DNA from: Fidelibacterota bacterium
GTDB taxonomy: Bacteria; Fidelibacterota; Fidelibacteria; Fidelibacterales; DSDE01
Direction of reading: 5' to 3'
Length of the DNA: 64,000 nt
NCBI GenBank assembly: GCA_046735395.1
Contig: JBJKQR010000016.1
Coordinates: 1,217-65,216 of the forward strand
The notes beneath the pieces were generated by a model, which was not told the origin of the DNA, ran no database searches, and saw nothing but the letters and a program-made list of their open reading frames with translations. The position numbers and the translations under genes are program-made. Below, piece after piece: positions 60,065 to 64,000 of this stretch (positions within the stretch are counted from its first letter, which is position 1; each line of letters starts with the position of its first letter).

Positions 60065-60628
60065 ATGAAAAGAACGACCCGTTTTGGAATGAGAGTCTTA
60101 TTGCTGTTGGCGATGGTGGCCGTATGTGGCCTTCAGGCCGATGATTCGTCCGATGGATATCGGGGCATTCTCTGGGGCTCATCCCGGGAATCAGTGAGAA
60201 AAAGCGCCGGCCAATTCTACAGCGGCGACGCAAGGGAGCTGGATGATGCCCTCATCTATTCAGGCACCTTTCAGGGATTTGATGCCTATTTCAAGTACAT
60301 GTTCCGGGAAGACAGCCTGGTGATGGTGGCCATCACGGCCGATTTTCCCTGGCCGCTCAACGACAAGGCAAAGTTCAAGGCGAATTTCAATAAGTCGGAA
60401 AGTGCTTCAGACAATGTTCTGGACCGGATCCGGGGAAAGTACGGACGTGAAATCCAGTCGGACAAGGTGGGAACCGATTCCTACTACCATTGGAATGCGG
60501 GTGATACGGATATTGAGGTGATTCTGCTGCGCGGAATACAATACAGATTAACTCTCAGTTACAGCTGGAAAAGCTATTTTCAGCGAAGCCAGGTCCGCAA
60601 GGATCAGGGCTTTCAGGATGAACTATAA
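60065..60628 (+). CDS. Secreted hypothetical protein
   Basis: Signal peptide (LQA-D); GYRGILWGSS N-terminal motif; GGGGG RBS. Confidence 0.72.
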   Translation: MKRTTRFGMRVLLLLAMVAVCGLQADDSSDGYRGILWGSSRESVRKSAGQFYSGDARELDDALIYSGTFQGFDAYFKYMFREDSLVMVAITADFPWPLNDKAKFKANFNKSESASDNVLDRIRGKYGREIQSDKVGTDSYYHWNAGDTDIEVILLRGIQYRLTLSYSWKSYFQRSQVRKDQGFQDEL

Positions 60629-60655
60629 AATGAAGAAAGAGGTGGCCCGACTGCG

Positions 60656-62488
60656 ATGAGGATTCCCTTTACAAAATATCTTGATGCGCATGTTGTTCTC
60701 TTCGATGGAGCAATGGGAACGGAAATCTATAAACGCGGTCAGTTTATCAATGTCTGTTATGACGGTCTGAACCTGACGAATCCCGGTCTGATCCGGGAGA
60801 TTCATGACAGCTATATGCAGGCCGGGGCGGATGTTCTGGAGAGCAATACCTTCGCTGCCAACCGCCTCAAACTGAAAAAATACAATCTGGAAGATAAAGT
60901 TCGCGAAATCAACCTGGCCGGTGCCCGGCTGGCCCGGGAGGCGGCCGGGGAGGACCTTTATGTGGCCGGATCTCTGGGCCCGCCCGGACAGATGCTGCAG
61001 CCGCGAGGGCCTCTCAGCCGGGAAGATCTGGAGGAAATTATTCTGGAACAGGCGTCTGCCCTGTATGAGGGTGGCGTGGATCTTTTCCTTCTGGAAACCT
61101 TCAGTGATGTCAGCATTCTGGAAGAGATTATCCGGATTCTCAAACGTCATTTTGACCTTCCCGTCATCGCCCAGATGACCATCAGTGAGGACGGAAACAG
61201 CATGTTCGGCTCCGATCCTGCAGATCTGATCCGCCGGGTGGAGGATGCGGGCGCAGACGTGGCCGGCCTCAACTGCACTGTGGGTCCCAAGACCATGCTG
61301 GAAGCGCTGGAGAACCTGTCCGGAAAGACACGCTGTCCCATTTCCATCATGCCGAACGCCGGTTTGCCGCAGAATGTGGACGGACGTAATATTTACCTGG
61401 CTTCCGCCGAATATTTCGGGGAGTACGCCCGGCATTTCATCAATGCGGGCGCGCGCGTCATCGGGGGATGCTGTGGAACCAGCCCTGATTTTACACGGGC
61501 CATGCGCAAGGCCATCTCTTCCCTTCAGCCGAAACGGATAATTCCCGAAATCCGCGAAAAGGAAGCCCCGACGGGACCGGAGCTCATGCCGAGCCGGGAA
61601 AAATCACCCTTTGCCGCGGCGCTGGCAGACGGACGTTTTGTCACGACCGTGGAGATCGTACCGCCGCGCGGCAGCAACACGGAGAAAGCCCTGGAACAGG
61701 CCCGGATTCTGAAGAATGCCGGTGTGGACGCGGTGAACATCCCGGATGGCCCGCGGGCGCTGTCTCGTATGGGTGCCCAGTATCTTTCGCTATTGCTGCA
61801 GCGGGAAAGCGGAATTGATGTCATACAGCACAACGCCTGCCGTGACAGAAACCTGCTCGGGATGGTCGGTGACCTGCTGGGTGCGGATGCACTGGGGATT
61901 CGAAATCTGCTGATCATCACCGGTGATCCGCCCAAAATGGGGTCTTTTCCCGATGCTACAGCCGTCTTCGATGTGGACAGCATCGGCCTGACCTCCGTCG
62001 CCCGGACCCTGAATCAGGGTTTTGACCTGGGTGGCAGCCGCCTGCCGGCACCCACCCGTTTTTTTCTGGGTGTGGGTGTGAATCCGGGCGCCATCGATCT
62101 GGACCGGGAATTGGAACGCTTAGACGCAAAAATCGCGGCGGGGGCGGAATATGCCATTACGCAGCCTGTTTTTGATGTGGATATTTTCCGGCGTTTCATT
62201 TCACGGATTTCCCATGTGAAGATTCCCATCATTGCCGGTATCTGGCCGCTGGTCAGCGTCCGCAATGCCGAATTCATGAATAATGAAGTCCCCGGGGCGG
62301 CGGTTCCGGAACAGATTATGGCCAGAATGAGGGCATCAGCCAACAAGGAGGAGGCACGCGAGACCGGGCTGCAGATTGCGCGGGAGACCATCGCCGGGAT
62401 CCGGGACCTGATTTCAGGCGTCCAGGTTTCCATGCCCTTCGGAAACGTGGATTATCCGCTGGAAGTTCTGAAAGATACACTGCCGTGA
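60656..62488 (+). CDS. yitJ: Bifunctional homocysteine S-methyltransferase / 5,10-methylene-THF reductase
   Basis: DGAMGT, GLNC, PNAGLP, GGCCGT Zn ligands; MTHFR part VEIVPPRG, CRDRN, ITGDP, ITQPVFD. Confidence 0.92.
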   Translation: MRIPFTKYLDAHVVLFDGAMGTEIYKRGQFINVCYDGLNLTNPGLIREIHDSYMQAGADVLESNTFAANRLKLKKYNLEDKVREINLAGARLAREAAGEDLYVAGSLGPPGQMLQPRGPLSREDLEEIILEQASALYEGGVDLFLLETFSDVSILEEIIRILKRHFDLPVIAQMTISEDGNSMFGSDPADLIRRVEDAGADVAGLNCTVGPKTMLEALENLSGKTRCPISIMPNAGLPQNVDGRNIYLASAEYFGEYARHFINAGARVIGGCCGTSPDFTRAMRKAISSLQPKRIIPEIREKEAPTGPELMPSREKSPFAAALADGRFVTTVEIVPPRGSNTEKALEQARILKNAGVDAVNIPDGPRALSRMGAQYLSLLLQRESGIDVIQHNACRDRNLLGMVGDLLGADALGIRNLLIITGDPPKMGSFPDATAVFDVDSIGLTSVARTLNQGFDLGGSRLPAPTRFFLGVGVNPGAIDLDRELERLDAKIAAGAEYAITQPVFDVDIFRRFISRISHVKIPIIAGIWPLVSVRNAEFMNNEVPGAAVPEQIMARMRASANKEEARETGLQIARETIAGIRDLISGVQVSMPFGNVDYPLEVLKDTLP

Positions 62489-62550
62489 CCGGCCTGTCAG
62501 GATAAATGTCAAATGGAGACTTTGAATCGTAAAATGTGTGAGGACGATAA

Positions 62551-63357
62551 ATGAAAACGGTGATCAAGACCGGATATGCCAATGTGTACCGGGAAAACAG
62601 TTTTTCCAGCATGCTGGTGACACAGGGAATTGTCTGGGAGAAAGTCGATATTCTGCAGGAAATAGAAGACTGGATCAACATCCGCCTCCCTGACGGATAC
62701 GAAGGCTGGTGTCAGCGCTTCTCTCTGCAGGAGCTCGATGAGGAAATGGAGGCTGTGTACAGCCGCAATAAACGGATTACCGTTCAGATTCCCCATACGG
62801 AGATCAAATCCTACAGTGATCGCGATAATGGTTACGAACGGAAGGGAATAGCCGTATTCGGAGGCCGCTACCCCATTCGCCGTGTGAATGGCAACTGGAC
62901 CGAGATTTACCTGCCCGACGGCCAGTTCGGATGGATTCAGCAGCAGACCGTATCCGAAATGCCGGCGCGGGACAAAGTTATGTACTTCGCGGAAAAAATG
63001 ATCGGGACCTCGTATTTCTGGGGCGGAAAAAGCGAAAATGGTTTTGACTGCTCAGGCTTTGTCCAGTCCGTCTTCGGCGTCTGCGGAATGCAGGTTCCCC
63101 GGGATGCATCCATGCAGAAAACCTTTCTGGAAAAATATCGCGTGGCCGGGGCCGACGATGTGAAGAAGGGCGACCTGGCCTTTTTTCAGAAACCGGACGG
63201 ACGCATCAGCCATGTGGCCATCATGATGGAGCCGAAGCGCTTCATTCATTCCTCCGGTGAAGTGAAAATCAACAGCGTCGATCCGGAAGCTGCGGATTAC
63301 AGCGAAAAGCTGAAAAATATGCTCGAGGGCATTTACAGTATTGAATCATTAACTTAA
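62551..63357 (+). CDS. SH3-NlpC/P60 peptidase (YkfC/dipeptidyl-peptidase VI-like)
   Basis: Two SH3b-like modules (LPDGYEGW, LPDGQFGW); YFWGG, GFDCSGF, ISHVAI, FIHS; no signal peptide. Confidence 0.88.
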   Translation: MKTVIKTGYANVYRENSFSSMLVTQGIVWEKVDILQEIEDWINIRLPDGYEGWCQRFSLQELDEEMEAVYSRNKRITVQIPHTEIKSYSDRDNGYERKGIAVFGGRYPIRRVNGNWTEIYLPDGQFGWIQQQTVSEMPARDKVMYFAEKMIGTSYFWGGKSENGFDCSGFVQSVFGVCGMQVPRDASMQKTFLEKYRVAGADDVKKGDLAFFQKPDGRISHVAIMMEPKRFIHSSGEVKINSVDPEAADYSEKLKNMLEGIYSIESLT

Positions 63358-63378
63358 TACAGAGAGGCATTTCATTCC

Positions 63379-64000
63379 ATGAGTGCGAAGGTATCACTGA
63401 CGGGAATCAAGCCAAGCGGAATTCCCCATATCGGAAATTATTTCGGAGCCATCAAACCGGCTCTTGAACTGGTGAAAAATTATGAAGCGCGGTATTTTAT
63501 CGCCGATTATCACGCCCTGAATACCATCAAGGACCCGGAACTGCTGACCTCGCAGACTTATGACCTGGCCGCCACCTGGCTGGCCTGCGGGCTGGACCCG
63601 GAAAAGGTCATGTTTTACCGGCAGTCAGACGTGCCCGAGACCCTGGAACTGACCACCATTCTCATGGCCTTCACTCCCAAGGGACTGATGAACCGGGCCC
63701 ATGCCTACAAAGCCATGGTTGCGCAGAATCAGGAAACGGGACGGGATGTGGATGACGGCATAAATATGGGCCTCTATACGTATCCGGTGCTGATGGCGGC
63801 GGATATTCTGCTCTTTGATACGAATGTGGTTCCGGTGGGGAAAGATCAGAAACAGCATGTGGAGATTGCGGCAGATATTGCCCAGACGGTTAATCATAAT
63901 TACGGCAGTGAACTGCTAGTTATCCCGGAACCGCTGGTCTCCGAGGAAACCCAGATCATCAACGGGCTGGATGGCCGGAAAATGTCCAAAAGCTACAATA
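63379..64000 (+). CDS. trpS: Tryptophan-tRNA ligase (5' part, runs off the window)
   Basis: MSAKVSLTGIKPSGIPHIGNYFGA (HIGN), YPVLMAADIL, VPVGKDQKQH, KMSKSY. Not in the ORF track because it has no stop in the window. Confidence 0.96.
   Translation, partial: MSAKVSLTGIKPSGIPHIGNYFGAIKPALELVKNYEARYFIADYHALNTIKDPELLTSQTYDLAATWLACGLDPEKVMFYRQSDVPETLELTTILMAFTPKGLMNRAHAYKAMVAQNQETGRDVDDGINMGLYTYPVLMAADILLFDTNVVPVGKDQKQHVEIAADIAQTVNHNYGSELLVIPEPLVSEETQIINGLDGRKMSKSYN

Noticed and set aside
60629-60655. SAM or cobalamin riboswitch before yitJ, and a T-box before trpS (63358-63378)
   Set aside because: The gaps are only 27 and 21 bp, too short for these elements.

Overview
A gene-dense bacterial chromosomal window with no mobile element, CRISPR array or rRNA visible. 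A 3079-aa surface protein ending in a 'YPNPFNP...SGVY' sorting domain and abundant D-S/T-hydrophobic sequons suggest an FCB-superphylum diderm, such as Marinimicrobia, Calditrichota or KSB1; this is inference. In order it contains: (pstS)-pstCAB-phoU; a minus-strand sufS-sufU-sufT-rrf2-aldo/keto reductase unit; an RCK-gated K+ channel; an orphan REC-cheW-MCP operon behind a sigma54-like promoter; a dCache/multi-PAS hybrid kinase; a GH20 hexosaminidase; bcp; a TerB-like gene plus a single-chain fungal-type homoaconitase; an AEC transporter, yhaM (preceded by a diverged duplicate of its own 5' end), an orphan ECF S component and an outer-membrane barrel; a three-gene surface-protein cluster with a giant Ig-repeat protein; an FAD oxidoreductase; fadD; tRNA-Glu; a four-gene cassette of secreted protein, FecR, outer-membrane barrel and CHASE2 adenylate cyclase; a minus-strand run (YghO/ceramide-synthase-like GNAT, nfeD, SPFH, rpmE, DUF1385, prfA, prmC, kinase); a PAS kinase; yitJ; an NlpC/P60 peptidase; and the 5' part of trpS. 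The best candidate for an undescribed system is the trans-envelope cAMP cassette (42317-48986). It may be linked to the giant surface-protein cluster through a CRP/FNR-like box present upstream of both. All calls come from reading motifs by eye; no searches were run.
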